From NCBI RefSeq assembly GCF_026626665.1, contig NZ_JAPNKE010000002.1, positions 1,421,204-1,485,203 on the forward strand: 64,000 nt of DNA, in the 5' to 3' direction. The notes below the pieces were generated by a model. It made no database searches. It saw nothing but the letters and a program-made list of their open reading frames with translations, and was not told where the DNA came from. The DNA comes from Nannocystis pusilla (GTDB lineage: Bacteria > Myxococcota_A > Polyangia > Nannocystales > Nannocystaceae). Below, piece after piece: positions 30,507 to 41,347 of this stretch; the first letter of the stretch is position 1; each line of letters begins with the position of its first letter. Both the position numbers and the translations under genes were made by a program.

Positions 30507-30890
30507 TCAGTTCGAGGTGCGCGCGGCCGGACGAGCGAAGATCCGGTCGAAGGCGTGCTGGACCTCCTCGGACATGTCGGTGAGGGCGCCGAAGCCGATG
30601 AGGTAGAAGGGACGGTCGCGGACGGTGACGCGCCAGACCTGCATCGGCTGGCCGTCGGTCAGCTCGTCGATCATCCCGGCGCGCAGGGTCGCGGGCTCCT
30701 CGACGAAGAGGGGAGCGACCGCGGCGACGCGGCTGCCGAGGTCCTCGTCACCCGTGCCGGAGAGGCGCAGGCCCTCGCGGGTGGCGAGCGTGAGGTGCTC
30801 CAGGCCGGTCCGCTGGGCAACGGCCCGAAGGTAGAGATCCCCGGCGGTCCAGGGGTTTTCGCTGCGATCTTGGCGTCGTTCGTGCGTCAT
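30507..30890 (-). CDS. Small cytoplasmic protein, possibly roadblock/LC7 (MglB-like) fold
   Basis: ATG at 30890 (MTHERRQ...), 127 aa. Family guess from hydrophobic periodicity (FYLIGFGALT); weak. Confidence 0.3.
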   Translation of the reverse strand: MTHERRQDRSENPWTAGDLYLRAVAQRTGLEHLTLATREGLRLSGTGDEDLGSRVAAVAPLFVEEPATLRAGMIDELTDGQPMQVWRVTVRDRPFYLIGFGALTDMSEEVQHAFDRIFARPAARTSN

Positions 30891-30970
30891 CCGACAAAAA
30901 CTCCGGTGTGGGTGATGTAGGATAACCGCCGACTTCGACGGGGACAAAATTCGGCGGATCGCCGGGGTGC

Positions 30971-31165
30971 TCAGCGAGCGCGGGACTTCAGCTCGGGCGG
31001 AGCCTCGCGGCCGAACACGTTCCGCCAGACTTCTTCGACCGACACGAGCTCCACCTCGCCGCGGTCCAGCTCCGCCAGCCGGTGCTTGAGCTCCTTTTGG
31101 AGAGTCACCCCATCCGCGTCCGTGAGGATCCGCGGAGGCCGTCGTGCAAAAGGAGGGGTCGTCAT
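30971..31165 (-). CDS. Small ORF (64 aa) divergent from the ParE gene; possible antitoxin-like/RHH-like protein
   Basis: Sequence ...LQKELKHRLAELDRGEVELVSVEEVWRNV resembles antitoxin C-termini. Its orientation is divergent, not the canonical upstream co-directional arrangement. Confidence 0.2.
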   Translation of the reverse strand: MTTPPFARRPPRILTDADGVTLQKELKHRLAELDRGEVELVSVEEVWRNVFGREAPPELKSRAR

Positions 31166-31179
31166 GCCGATTCCGTAGC

Positions 31180-31518
31180 ATGACGAGCGAAAGAGAGCAG
31201 GGGAAAAGTTTGGGGTTCCACCCCGAGGCCGAACGGGAGATGCGAGAGGCCCGCGCCTTCGCCGCGCGACTCGGACCCATCCATGTCCGCCGACTCGAGG
31301 CCGAGTTCAAACGGTCGCTGATCGGGATGCTTTATTTCCCCAGCGCCTGGCCGCCGTATCTGTTCGGCACCCGGCGGTGTTTTCTCGCCGGGCTGCCGTA
31401 CTTCTTCGTGTACCGCAAGCGGCGGCGGGTCGAGGTGGTGGCGCTTGCCATCACCGGCAACGGCCGGGGCTGTGGCGGCGGCGGCTGTCAGAAGATTTGC
31501 CAGTCGATCGCCGGGTAG
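31180..31518 (+). CDS. ParE/RelE-family type II toxin
   Basis: FHPEAEREMREA...YFFVYRKRRRVEVVALAITGNGRG matches the ParE/RelE fold signature (YR...V.VL.I.H..R). The 3' end may be a run-on that overlaps the ung 3' end. Confidence 0.5.
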   Translation: MTSEREQGKSLGFHPEAEREMREARAFAARLGPIHVRRLEAEFKRSLIGMLYFPSAWPPYLFGTRRCFLAGLPYFFVYRKRRRVEVVALAITGNGRGCGGGGCQKICQSIAG

Positions 31519-32174
31519 CCGAGGTCCTCGAGGGCCGCGTTGATGGCCGAGAACGGCCGGCTGCCGAGGAACTTCGGGCCCTTGCCGAGGATCGGCGAGG
31601 GGTGGGGGGCGACCAGGATGCGGTGGCGGCGCTCGTCGATGAGGGCGGCCTTCTTCCTGGCGAAGTCACCCCACAGCGCGAACACCACCGGCTCGTTGCG
31701 GCTGCTCAGGGCGCGGATGACGGCGTCGGTGAACTTCTCCCAGCCCTTGTTCTTGTGCGAGCCGGGGGTGTGGGCGCGGACGGTGAGGACGGTGTTGAGC
31801 AGCAGGACCCCCTGCTCGGCCCACGACTGCAGGTTGCCGTGCGGGGGGATGCCGCACCCGAGGTCGGCCGCGAGCTCCTTGAAGATGTTGGCCAGCGAGG
31901 CGGGCGGCTTGACCCCGGGCAGCACCGAGAAGCACAGGCCGTGGGCCTGACCCTCGTCGTGGTACGGATCTTGGCCGAGGATCACGACCTTGACCTGCTC
32001 GAACGGGGTCAGCTCGAAGGCGCGAAACACGTCCTCTTCGGGTGGATAAACCGTATTGTTTTCGCGCTCATAGCCGACGAAGTCGACGAGGTCCTTGAAG
32101 TATGGCTTGGCCATCTCTTCAGCCAGCGCCGCGTGCCAGCTGCCGGGCAGGGTCCAGTTGCCGTAGCCGTACAT
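31488..32174 (-). CDS. ung: Uracil-DNA glycosylase (family 1)
   Basis: GQDPYH water-activating motif and HPSPIL motif. GGAGG lies 6 nt upstream of the ATG at 32174. Confidence 0.85.
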   Translation of the reverse strand: MYGYGNWTLPGSWHAALAEEMAKPYFKDLVDFVGYERENNTVYPPEEDVFRAFELTPFEQVKVVILGQDPYHDEGQAHGLCFSVLPGVKPPASLANIFKELAADLGCGIPPHGNLQSWAEQGVLLLNTVLTVRAHTPGSHKNKGWEKFTDAVIRALSSRNEPVVFALWGDFARKKAALIDERRHRILVAPHPSPILGKGPKFLGSRPFSAINAALEDLGYPAIDWQIF

Positions 32175-32185
32175 GCTGCACCTCC

Positions 32186-33658
<1,473 letters not shown>

Positions 33659-33789
33659 GCCACAAGCCGTCGACCGCGTCGTCCTGCGCCTCTACGCGCG
33701 CGCCATTGCGGCGACTGCCGCCGGGTTTTGCCGAAGACGCGCAACACCGGGGGAAGGTGTGTTAACGTCACAGGGTCCCCCGAGAAGCC

Positions 33790-35870
33790 ATGAGCAAACC
33801 GGAAGACCAAGCACAAGCAGACCCCCTGCTGGGGACGACTTTCGCTCGGCGCTACTTGATCGAGCGCCGGCTCGGCCGCGGTGGGATGGGCGTCGTGTAC
33901 CAGGCGACGCAGATCGACTTGAATCGCCCGGTGGTCCTCAAGGTGCTGGCGCCCGATTGGGTCGGCGACTCGGAGGCCCTGGCCCGCTTCGAACGCGAGG
34001 CCCGCGGGCTGTCCAGCCTGCAGCACCCGAACATCGTGACCATCCACGACTTCGGCAAGGTCGACGGCCGGGCGTTCATCGTCATGGAGTACGTGCAGGG
34101 CGAGACGCTCGACCGCTTCGTCCGCCGCCGCAACCACCTCACGCTGGCCGACTTCGTGCCGATCGCGGCGCAGGTGCTCAAAGGCCTCGGCGAGGCCCAT
34201 TCGCGCGGGATCATCCACCGCGACATCAAGCCCGCCAACATCATGCTGTGCGAGCGGCAGGGGCGGGCCAACTACGTCAAGATCCTCGATTTCGGGCTCG
34301 CCAAGCTGGTCTCCGGCTCGTCCGACATCACCAAGCAGAACGTCCTCGGCACGCCCACCTGCCTGTCTCCCGAGCAGATCCTGGGCGAGAAGATCGACCA
34401 GCGCGTCGATGTTTACGCGGTCGGCATCCTGTTCTACTTCATGCTGACCGGGGTGATGCCGTTCCAGGCCGACAACGACGCGTCGGTCCTGTACAAGCAC
34501 GTCCACGAGAAGCCGCAGCCGATCCAGGAGCTGCTGCCGGCCGACAGCGGGGCGCCGGAGGGGGTGCTGGAGCTCATCAGCCGGTGCCTCGAGAAGAGCC
34601 GCGAGCGGCGCCCACGCGACGCCAACGAGGTCGTCGAGGGGCTCATCGATCAGGTGCCGTTCTCGATGTTCCGCCTGCCGCGAGCGCAGCCGCGGACCGA
34701 GCCGCTCGAGCCGGAGGAGCCGCAGAGCAGCACCGAGCACAGCAAGCCGATCCCGTCGCCGGAGAACATCGTGGTCGGCACCTTCGGCCGGCCGCGGTCG
34801 GCACCGGCGGTTGCCGCCGCGCCGCTTGCGCAGGGCATGCCGGGCGCGCCCGGCGGGTCGCAGACGATGCCGCCGTCGGTGATGCCCATCACGGCTCAGT
34901 TCCCGCAGGCGACGCTCGACCAGCTCAAGGCGCAGGGCATCCCGCTGGAGGGGGGAGCCTGGTGCAGAGCCAGGACGGGCGCACGCTCCTGGTGGTCGGC
35001 CCGCAGGCCCAGGAGGCCGCGGCCCGGCAGCGCACGCTGAACCTGGTCTACGGCGGGGTCGCGGCGCTCACGGTGATCGCGCTGCTGTTCTACGCGCTGA
35101 GCGGGAGCGGTCCGGCCGAGGCGGAGACCGAGCGGCCCGAGGTGGCGACCCGCGAGGAGGGCGGGCGCGAGCAGCTCGAGGGCAACCTCGACAAGATCGC
35201 GCAGCTCATCGACGAGGGCAAGCTGCCGCAGGCGGAGCGCAAGCTCGAGAGCGCCGAGGAGGAGTTCGCCCGCGACCCGAAGCTGTCCGACCGCGCCGAC
35301 GAGCTGCGGTCCCGCCTCGAGGTCATGAAGGCGCTGGCCAGCGCGCGCAAGCACGAGCGCGACGGCGACCGCATCAGCGCGGTCAAGGGCTACCGCGACG
35401 TGCTGGCGCTCGACGCCGGCAACGAGGAGGCCAAGCAGCGCATCAAGGGGCTTTACCCCAACCTCAACCCGGACATGGGGTTTGCGATCATCACGATCCG
35501 CTCGGCCCCGGTGACCGCGGAGGTCACGCTGGACGGCGGACCGCTCGGTTCGACCCCGATCGACGTGCCGCTGCACGCCGGCAAATACAACATCTCGCTG
35601 ACCGCGCCCGGCTACGGGTCGATGCAGACCGCGCTGAGCGTCAGCGCCGCCAAGGACCAGCCCTACGACTATCTGCTGACCCGGACGGGGGCGCCGGCGA
35701 ACCCGCAGCCGCCGGTCGAGCAGCCGAAGACGCCGACGGGCGGGGGCACCAAGCGGCCGCCCGGCGGCGGGACCAAAAACCGCCCGACGGGCAGGTCAAG
35801 CCGAAGCCCAACCCCGCGCCGGAAGACGATTTGTTGCCGGTCGGTCCGAGCAAAAAGCGTTAGTCTCTAG
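33790..35870 (+). CDS. Membrane-anchored Ser/Thr protein kinase with extracytoplasmic TPR-like and PEGA domains; two apparent 1-nt frameshifts (near 34955 and near 35785)
   Basis: The kinase domain (GRGGMGVVY, HRDIKPANI, DFGLAK, GTPTCLSPE) is in the frame of ORF 33790-35040. The TM segment LNLVYGGVAALTVIALLFYAL and the PEGA segment continue in the frame of ORF 33450-35870 after a GGGGGG run. A natural-looking C-terminus (...KPKPNPAPEDDLLPVGPSKKR*) lies in a third frame and ends at 35863. Confidence 0.7.
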
Positions 35871-35921
35871 CTCTCGGTTCGTGCGGGTCGCGCGTGACGA
35901 CCCCGCCCTGAAGGCCCCCCC

Positions 35922-36788
35922 ATGAAGAAGCCGATCGTCACTCTCGTGGCCGCTGCGTTTCTCGCCTCGAGCATGCCCGCCCGCTCGGCGGCGGCCGCGG
36001 TGTACGTTCCGATCGCCGTGCGCGCGGCGCTGGCCCAGCCGCCGCCCACCGACGCGAACGGCGAGACCTTCGAGACCCTGGCCGAGCAGGCGCGCGCCAA
36101 GTACCGCGAGAAGGACTACGCGGGCGCGGTGGCGCTGTTCGAGCGGGCCTACGCGCTGCAGCCCGACCCGGCGATCTTGTTCAACATCGGCCGCATTCAA
36201 GAGCAGGCCAACAACGTCGACGCGGCGATCGCCTACTACCAGAAGTTCATCGCCGACGAGTCGGTCGACATCGGCCTGCGCGACACGGCGCTGCAGCGGC
36301 TCGCCACGCTCGAGAAGATCGTCGAGATCCGCGAGAAGGAAGAGGCCAAGTCGAAGCCGAAGCAGCCCGAGCCGAACAAGCAGCCGGAGGCGGGCCAGCA
36401 GGTCGGGCCGCAGCCGGGGCCGCAGCCGCCGCCCGGCGACGACAAGTCGGGGCAGAACAAGGCCAAGATCATGCGGCCGATCGGCTACACCATGTTCGGC
36501 GTCGGCGCGGCGCTGCTGGTCAGCGGCGGCATCGCGGGCGGGCTGGCCAAGGGCCAGGAGAACAAGTTCGAGGCCGCGGAGACGCTCGACGACCAGCGCG
36601 AGGCCGGTCAGAAGGGCAAGTCGCTGGCGGCCACCGCCGACGGCCTGTTCATCGCCGGCGGCGTGCTCGCGGTGGTCGGCATGGTGCTCTTGCTGGTGCC
36701 GAAGGCCCGCAAGTCGAAGGCCGTGCAGGCGATGCAGCCCAAGGTCTCGCCGAGCCAGCTCGGCCTCGGTTACGTCTACCGCTTCTGA
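35922..36788 (+). CDS. Secreted/membrane TPR-repeat protein
   Basis: Signal peptide, one clear TPR (YREKDYAGAVALFERAYALQPD...), a Pro/Gln-rich linker, two hydrophobic helices, and a C-terminal ...GLGYVYRF. Confidence 0.45.
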   Translation: MKKPIVTLVAAAFLASSMPARSAAAAVYVPIAVRAALAQPPPTDANGETFETLAEQARAKYREKDYAGAVALFERAYALQPDPAILFNIGRIQEQANNVDAAIAYYQKFIADESVDIGLRDTALQRLATLEKIVEIREKEEAKSKPKQPEPNKQPEAGQQVGPQPGPQPPPGDDKSGQNKAKIMRPIGYTMFGVGAALLVSGGIAGGLAKGQENKFEAAETLDDQREAGQKGKSLAATADGLFIAGGVLAVVGMVLLLVPKARKSKAVQAMQPKVSPSQLGLGYVYRF

Positions 36789-36814
36789 GCCGCGAACGCT
36801 GGAGCTTTGCGACC

Positions 36815-38395
36815 ATGTCGTCAGTCTTCTCGCATCTGCTTGTCCGGTTCTCTGTGTGCGGCGCTCTCGGGGTGACTCTCGGGGTGATCTTGGGCGCGTG
36901 CTCGGCGACCCTCGACTTCACCGAGTGCTACGAAGACGCCGACTGCGCGGCGTTCTTCGACGACAACAAGCCGATGTACTGCGCGGCCAACGTCTGCAAG
37001 ATCCGCGAGAAGGGCTGTGACGCCAACTCGCAGTGCGCGGGCCTCGGCGAGTCGTACATCTGCGCGACCTCGAGTGCCCCGCGCGAGTGCGCCTCGACCG
37101 AGTCCGACGAGTGCGGCGCGCCCATCTACCCCGGGGGCGAGATCAGCGACGACGTCGCGTTCATCGGCGTGATGCTGCCGAAGACCGGCGCCGACGCCGA
37201 CCTCGGGCTCGAGATGGAGAAGGGCGTGCTCGCGGCGGTCGAGGAGTTCAACGCCAGCGGCGAGCTGCCGAACGGCGACAAGATCGCGCTGGTGGTGTGC
37301 GACACCAAGAGCGAGGTCGCGTCGGCGACGTCGGCCGCGCGCCACCTCGGCGACACGCTGACGATCCCGGTGCTCATCGGTCCGGCCGACGACGTCGAGT
37401 TCACGGCGGTGGTCGACCAGGTGACGTTCGCCCAGGGCGTCAACGCGTTCACGATGGGGCCGATGATCACGGCCGACATGAGCGAGCTCGACACCTCGAC
37501 CGGCAGCGGCCTGGTGTTCCAGGCGATGGCCGGCGCGAAGTTCCAGGGCCCGGCGCTGGGCGAGCGCATCGGGGCCGACTTCACCGGCGACCCGACGGCC
37601 AACGCGATCCTCCTGCTGTCGGAGGACGCGTACGGGCTCAGCCTTTACAACGCGGTGGCGACCGAGGAGACGGGCGGGCCGAGCCAGATCCCGCAGGTCC
37701 CGGGCAGTCAGTTCATCGCCTCGTACCGCGGGCTCGACGACGCCACCAAGGGCGCCAAGGCCAAGCTCGACACGGCGCTCAAGACCTTCGCGGAGCCGCC
37801 GATGCTGATCCTGCTCGGGCGGTCCGAGGTCGCCGAGATCATCAAGCACTACAAGACCACCGGCGCCCCGCTGCCGCAGAAGATCTACGTGCCCAAGCGG
37901 GCGATGCCGGCGGTCTCGGCGCTCGAGGACCCCGATCTCGCGGGCATCGTCGTCGCCGTCACGCCCGACCTCGAGACGCCGCAGCTCGCCAAGCTGCGCA
38001 CGCGCCTCGGCGAGGCGAACCTCGCGCCCGAGGGCGCGCTCGCCTACGACGCGACGATGGCGTCGCTGTTCGGCATGGCGGCCGTGAAGTCGGGCGACAT
38101 CGTGGTCGGCCTGCGCGTCGCCGACGCGTTCAAGAAGCTGTCCGACAAGGCCGGCACGCCGATCGACTTCGGCGTCGGCCCGAAGATGTTCGTGCCCGCC
38201 GCGCTCACCGCCTTCCAGTCGAGCAAGACCATCGACCTCGTCGGCATCACCGGCCCGCTCGACTTCGACGCCAGCGGCGAGGTGTGCAGCCCGATCGCCG
38301 CCTACACGCTCGACGACAAGGGCGGGTGGACGAAGACCGCCGTGTACACGCCCGCCTGCCCGAGCGCGACCGGCACCTGGGCGCCCGTCCCCTGA
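36815..38395 (+). CDS. Type I periplasmic binding protein (LivK/Peripla_BP_6-like) lipoprotein with N-terminal Cys-rich module; no cognate ABC genes nearby
   Basis: ILGACS lipobox, an 80-aa Cys-rich segment, then a PBP fold (VAFIGVMLPKTG...ALVVCDTKS...). Confidence 0.6.
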   Translation: MSSVFSHLLVRFSVCGALGVTLGVILGACSATLDFTECYEDADCAAFFDDNKPMYCAANVCKIREKGCDANSQCAGLGESYICATSSAPRECASTESDECGAPIYPGGEISDDVAFIGVMLPKTGADADLGLEMEKGVLAAVEEFNASGELPNGDKIALVVCDTKSEVASATSAARHLGDTLTIPVLIGPADDVEFTAVVDQVTFAQGVNAFTMGPMITADMSELDTSTGSGLVFQAMAGAKFQGPALGERIGADFTGDPTANAILLLSEDAYGLSLYNAVATEETGGPSQIPQVPGSQFIASYRGLDDATKGAKAKLDTALKTFAEPPMLILLGRSEVAEIIKHYKTTGAPLPQKIYVPKRAMPAVSALEDPDLAGIVVAVTPDLETPQLAKLRTRLGEANLAPEGALAYDATMASLFGMAAVKSGDIVVGLRVADAFKKLSDKAGTPIDFGVGPKMFVPAALTAFQSSKTIDLVGITGPLDFDASGEVCSPIAAYTLDDKGGWTKTAVYTPACPSATGTWAPVP

Positions 38396-38419
38396 GCCGC
38401 GCCCGTGCGTGAGAGGCGT

Positions 38420-38445
38420 GACCGCCAGGACATGTCCTGGCGGTC
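38420..38445. repeat. Perfect 26-bp palindrome GACCGCCAGGACATGTCCTGGCGGTC
   Basis: Lies 25 nt after the PBP stop, in the gap between convergent genes. GGACATGTCC core. Confidence 0.85.
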
Positions 38446-38654
38446 ATGCTGCTTTCGGGGCGCGCGCCGAGCTCGAACGGCGGCCCTGAAGCGCCGCGGT
38501 CGACGGTCGCTCCGCGCACGCGAGCGCGGTCGTGGATGCGCACCCGCCGGCGAGGCGAGCGCGACCCGAGCGCCCACACGGCAGCGCGGGATGGTGAAGA
38601 GCCGGACACTCGAGCTCGCTCGTGGACGTCCCGCGGCGCGTCTCTCAATCAACA

Positions 38655-38715
38655 GGGCCGTTCGGACATGTCCGAACGGCCCTGCGTGAGCGGGCATGTC
38701 CATCGGGACATGCCG
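38655..38715. repeat. Perfect 28-bp palindrome GGGCCGTTCGGACATGTCCGAACGGCCC followed by the imperfect palindrome CGGGCATGTCCATCGGGACATGCCG
   Basis: Read directly; the element ends ~7 nt before the ACAD stop. Confidence 0.85.
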
Positions 38716-38721
38716 TAAAGG

Positions 38722-40530
38722 TCAGACGAACAGCGCGGGGTCGAGGGCGCTCTCGTCGTTCGACTGGATGCTCTTGCCGAGGGCGATCGCCTGCGGGAGG
38801 ATCGCGGCGACGAAGAACTCGAGGTTGCGCTGCTTGCCGACGAGCAGCGGCTCGTCGCCGCGGGTCTGGCGGAGGCGGGCGGCGACTATCGCCTGCTCGA
38901 CGCACTCGATGGCGAGCAGGACCAGGCCGAACATGCGCGTGAAGGGGACGGCCTGGATCATCGCCGCCTCGACCTTGCGCGCCTTGCCGAGGCCCGCGAG
39001 GTGCATCGCGCTGGCGGCGAGCAGCTGCACCGCCTTGCCGATCGCCTCGGCGGGGCCGCCGAGCCCGGCCTCCGCGGCGGCGGCGAGCCGGCTCTGGGCC
39101 TCCTGCATCCACTCGATGAACAGCGCGCCGCCGCCGACCCGCAGCTTGCGGCCGACCAGGTCCATGGCCTGGATGCCGTTGGTGCCCTCGTAGATCGAGC
39201 AGATCTTGACGTCGCGGACGAGCTGCTCGACGGGGTACTCGCCGATGTAGCCGTAGCCGCCGTAGACCTGGACCGCGCCGACGGCGACCTCGAAGCCGAG
39301 GTCGGTGCAGGTGGCCTTGAGGATCGGCGTGAGCAGGTCGACGCGGCCGCGCAGGCGCTCGCGCTCGGCCGGGTCCTCGGTGGCGTGCTCGCGGTCGACG
39401 ACCAGCGCCGTGCGCAGCAGCAGCGACCGCATGGCCTCGGCGTAGACCTTCTGCGTCATCAGCATGCGGCGGACGTCGGGGTGCTGGACGATCGCCACGC
39501 TGGGCGCGTCCTGGCTGCGGGCCTCGCGGATCGACTGGCCCTGGATCCGCTCCTGCGCGTAGCCGCGGGCGTAGTTGAAGGCCGCGGCCGCCATCGCGTG
39601 GCCCTGCACGGCGACGCCGATCCGCGCCTCGTTCATCATCAGGAACATCAGCTCGATGCCCTGGTTCTCCTGGCCGATGAGGACGCCGCGACACGGGAGG
39701 TCGCCGCCGAGGCCGAGGACGCAGGTCGAGGAGCCGTGGATGCCCATCTTCTCCTCGATGCGCAGCACCTTGGCGCCGTTGCGGGCCCCGAGCGCGCCGC
39801 CGGCGTCGAACTCGTACTTCGGGACCATGAACAGCGACAGGCCCTTGGTGCCCTTGCCGGCGTTCGGGGTGCGGGCGAGCACCAGGTGGACGATGTTGGC
39901 GGTCAGGTCCTGGTCGCCGCCGCTGATGAAGATCTTCTCGCCCTCGAGCAGATAGACGCCGGGCTCATCCGTGGGGGTGGCGCGGCAGCGGTTGTCGCCG
40001 ACCGAGCTGCCGGCGCCGGCCTCGGTGAGGCACATGGTGCCGCCCCACTCGCCGGTGAACATCTTGCGGGCGATCATCTCCCGCGTGGCCTCCGGGCCGT
40101 GGCCGAGGATCACGCGCGCGGCGCCGACGGTCAGGCCGGCGTACATCATGAACGCCATGCAGGCGCCACACAGCATCTCGCTCAGGCTGACGTGGATCGT
40201 GAAGGGCAGGCCGCTGCCGCCGAGCTCGCTGGGCGCCGAGGGCGCGAGCCAGCCGCCCTCGCGCAGGAGCTCCCAGGCCTCGCGATAGCCCTTCGGGGTC
40301 GTGACGTTGCCCTGGCCGTCGAAGCGGCAGCCCGCGAGATCGCCGGGCGCATTGATCGGGGCCAGGACCTCCCGCGCCAGGCGCTCGCCCTCCGCGAGCG
40401 TGGCCTCGTAGACCTCGCGGTCGAGCTCGGCGAAGCGCGGGATCGCGGCGAGCTGCTCGTGCGCGGCGAGCTGGTCGAAGAGGACGAAGTGGAGATCGCG
40501 GAGGTCGACGGAGAAGCTGGTGGTGCTCAC
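38722..40530 (-). CDS. Acyl-CoA dehydrogenase (long, ~600 aa, FadE-like with C-terminal extension)
   Basis: ACAD N-terminal, middle and C-terminal domain motifs ([28 protein letters not shown]). GTG at 40530. Confidence 0.8.
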   Translation of the reverse strand: MSTTSFSVDLRDLHFVLFDQLAAHEQLAAIPRFAELDREVYEATLAEGERLAREVLAPINAPGDLAGCRFDGQGNVTTPKGYREAWELLREGGWLAPSAPSELGGSGLPFTIHVSLSEMLCGACMAFMMYAGLTVGAARVILGHGPEATREMIARKMFTGEWGGTMCLTEAGAGSSVGDNRCRATPTDEPGVYLLEGEKIFISGGDQDLTANIVHLVLARTPNAGKGTKGLSLFMVPKYEFDAGGALGARNGAKVLRIEEKMGIHGSSTCVLGLGGDLPCRGVLIGQENQGIELMFLMMNEARIGVAVQGHAMAAAAFNYARGYAQERIQGQSIREARSQDAPSVAIVQHPDVRRMLMTQKVYAEAMRSLLLRTALVVDREHATEDPAERERLRGRVDLLTPILKATCTDLGFEVAVGAVQVYGGYGYIGEYPVEQLVRDVKICSIYEGTNGIQAMDLVGRKLRVGGGALFIEWMQEAQSRLAAAAEAGLGGPAEAIGKAVQLLAASAMHLAGLGKARKVEAAMIQAVPFTRMFGLVLLAIECVEQAIVAARLRQTRGDEPLLVGKQRNLEFFVAAILPQAIALGKSIQSNDESALDPALFV

Positions 40531-40729
40531 GATTCCTCGCTTTGGGCCGCGGCGCGCAGGCGCCGTCGCACTGTGGTACTTCCTCGAACCGAGGGCGTCC
40601 AGGCCACAGGCACGGGCTCGCGCCGAAGTCCGGGGATCGCGCCCCCAGCGGGCGCCGGCGTCGCTTCTGCCGGTTCGTGAGGATGCAATCGTCGGCCACG
40701 CGCCCCCGCGAGCGACGAGGCGGCCACAC

Positions 40730-41332
40730 TTGGCCGGCGTGGCGCAGGTGCTCCTGTTCAACAAGCCCTACGGGGTGCTGACGCAATTCACCGACCGGGA
40801 GGGCCGGCCGACGCTGGCGAACTTCATCGACGTCCCCGGCGTGTACGCCGCCGGACGCCTCGACTTCGACAGCGAGGGCCTGGTGGTGCTGACCGACGAT
40901 GGGGCCCTGCAGCACCAACTCAGCGATCCGCGCCACAAGCTGGCCAAGACGTATTGGGTGCAAGTCGAGGGGACGGCCCAGGAAGCGGCGCTGGAGCGCC
41001 TGCGGGCCGGTTTGGTCCTCCGTGACGGCCCGACCGCACCCGCCGAGGTGAGGCTCGTCGACCCACCGCCGCTGTGGGAGCGAACGCCGCCGATTCGCAC
41101 GCGCCTGTCGATCCCGACCTGCTGGTTGGAGCTCGTCCTGCGCGAGGGCCGAAACCGCCAGGTGCGGCGCATGACGGCCGCGGTCGGGTTGCCGACGCTG
41201 CGTCTGGTCCGCTGGGCGATCGGACCCTGGACCCTCGAGGGCATCGCGCCCGGACAATGGCGGGCGCTGACGGCCGACGAAGCGCGGCCCCGGGGTCAGC
41301 GCCAGCTTTTCCGCCCGCGGCGGCCGTGCTAG
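40730..41332 (+). CDS. rluE: 23S rRNA pseudouridine synthase E-like (RluE/RsuA family, no S4 domain)
   Basis: [14 protein letters not shown] and catalytic [10 protein letters not shown] motifs. The start is ambiguous (TTG 40730 or GTG 40739). Confidence 0.75.
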   Translation: MAGVAQVLLFNKPYGVLTQFTDREGRPTLANFIDVPGVYAAGRLDFDSEGLVVLTDDGALQHQLSDPRHKLAKTYWVQVEGTAQEAALERLRAGLVLRDGPTAPAEVRLVDPPPLWERTPPIRTRLSIPTCWLELVLREGRNRQVRRMTAAVGLPTLRLVRWAIGPWTLEGIAPGQWRALTADEARPRGQRQLFRPRRPC

Positions 41333-41347
41333 CGTCCAACGAGCGCG

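Noticed and set aside
38645-39694. 349-aa minus-strand ORF as a gene
   Set aside because: It is out of frame with, and fully contained within, the well-supported acyl-CoA dehydrogenase gene. Its composition is Arg/Pro-rich.
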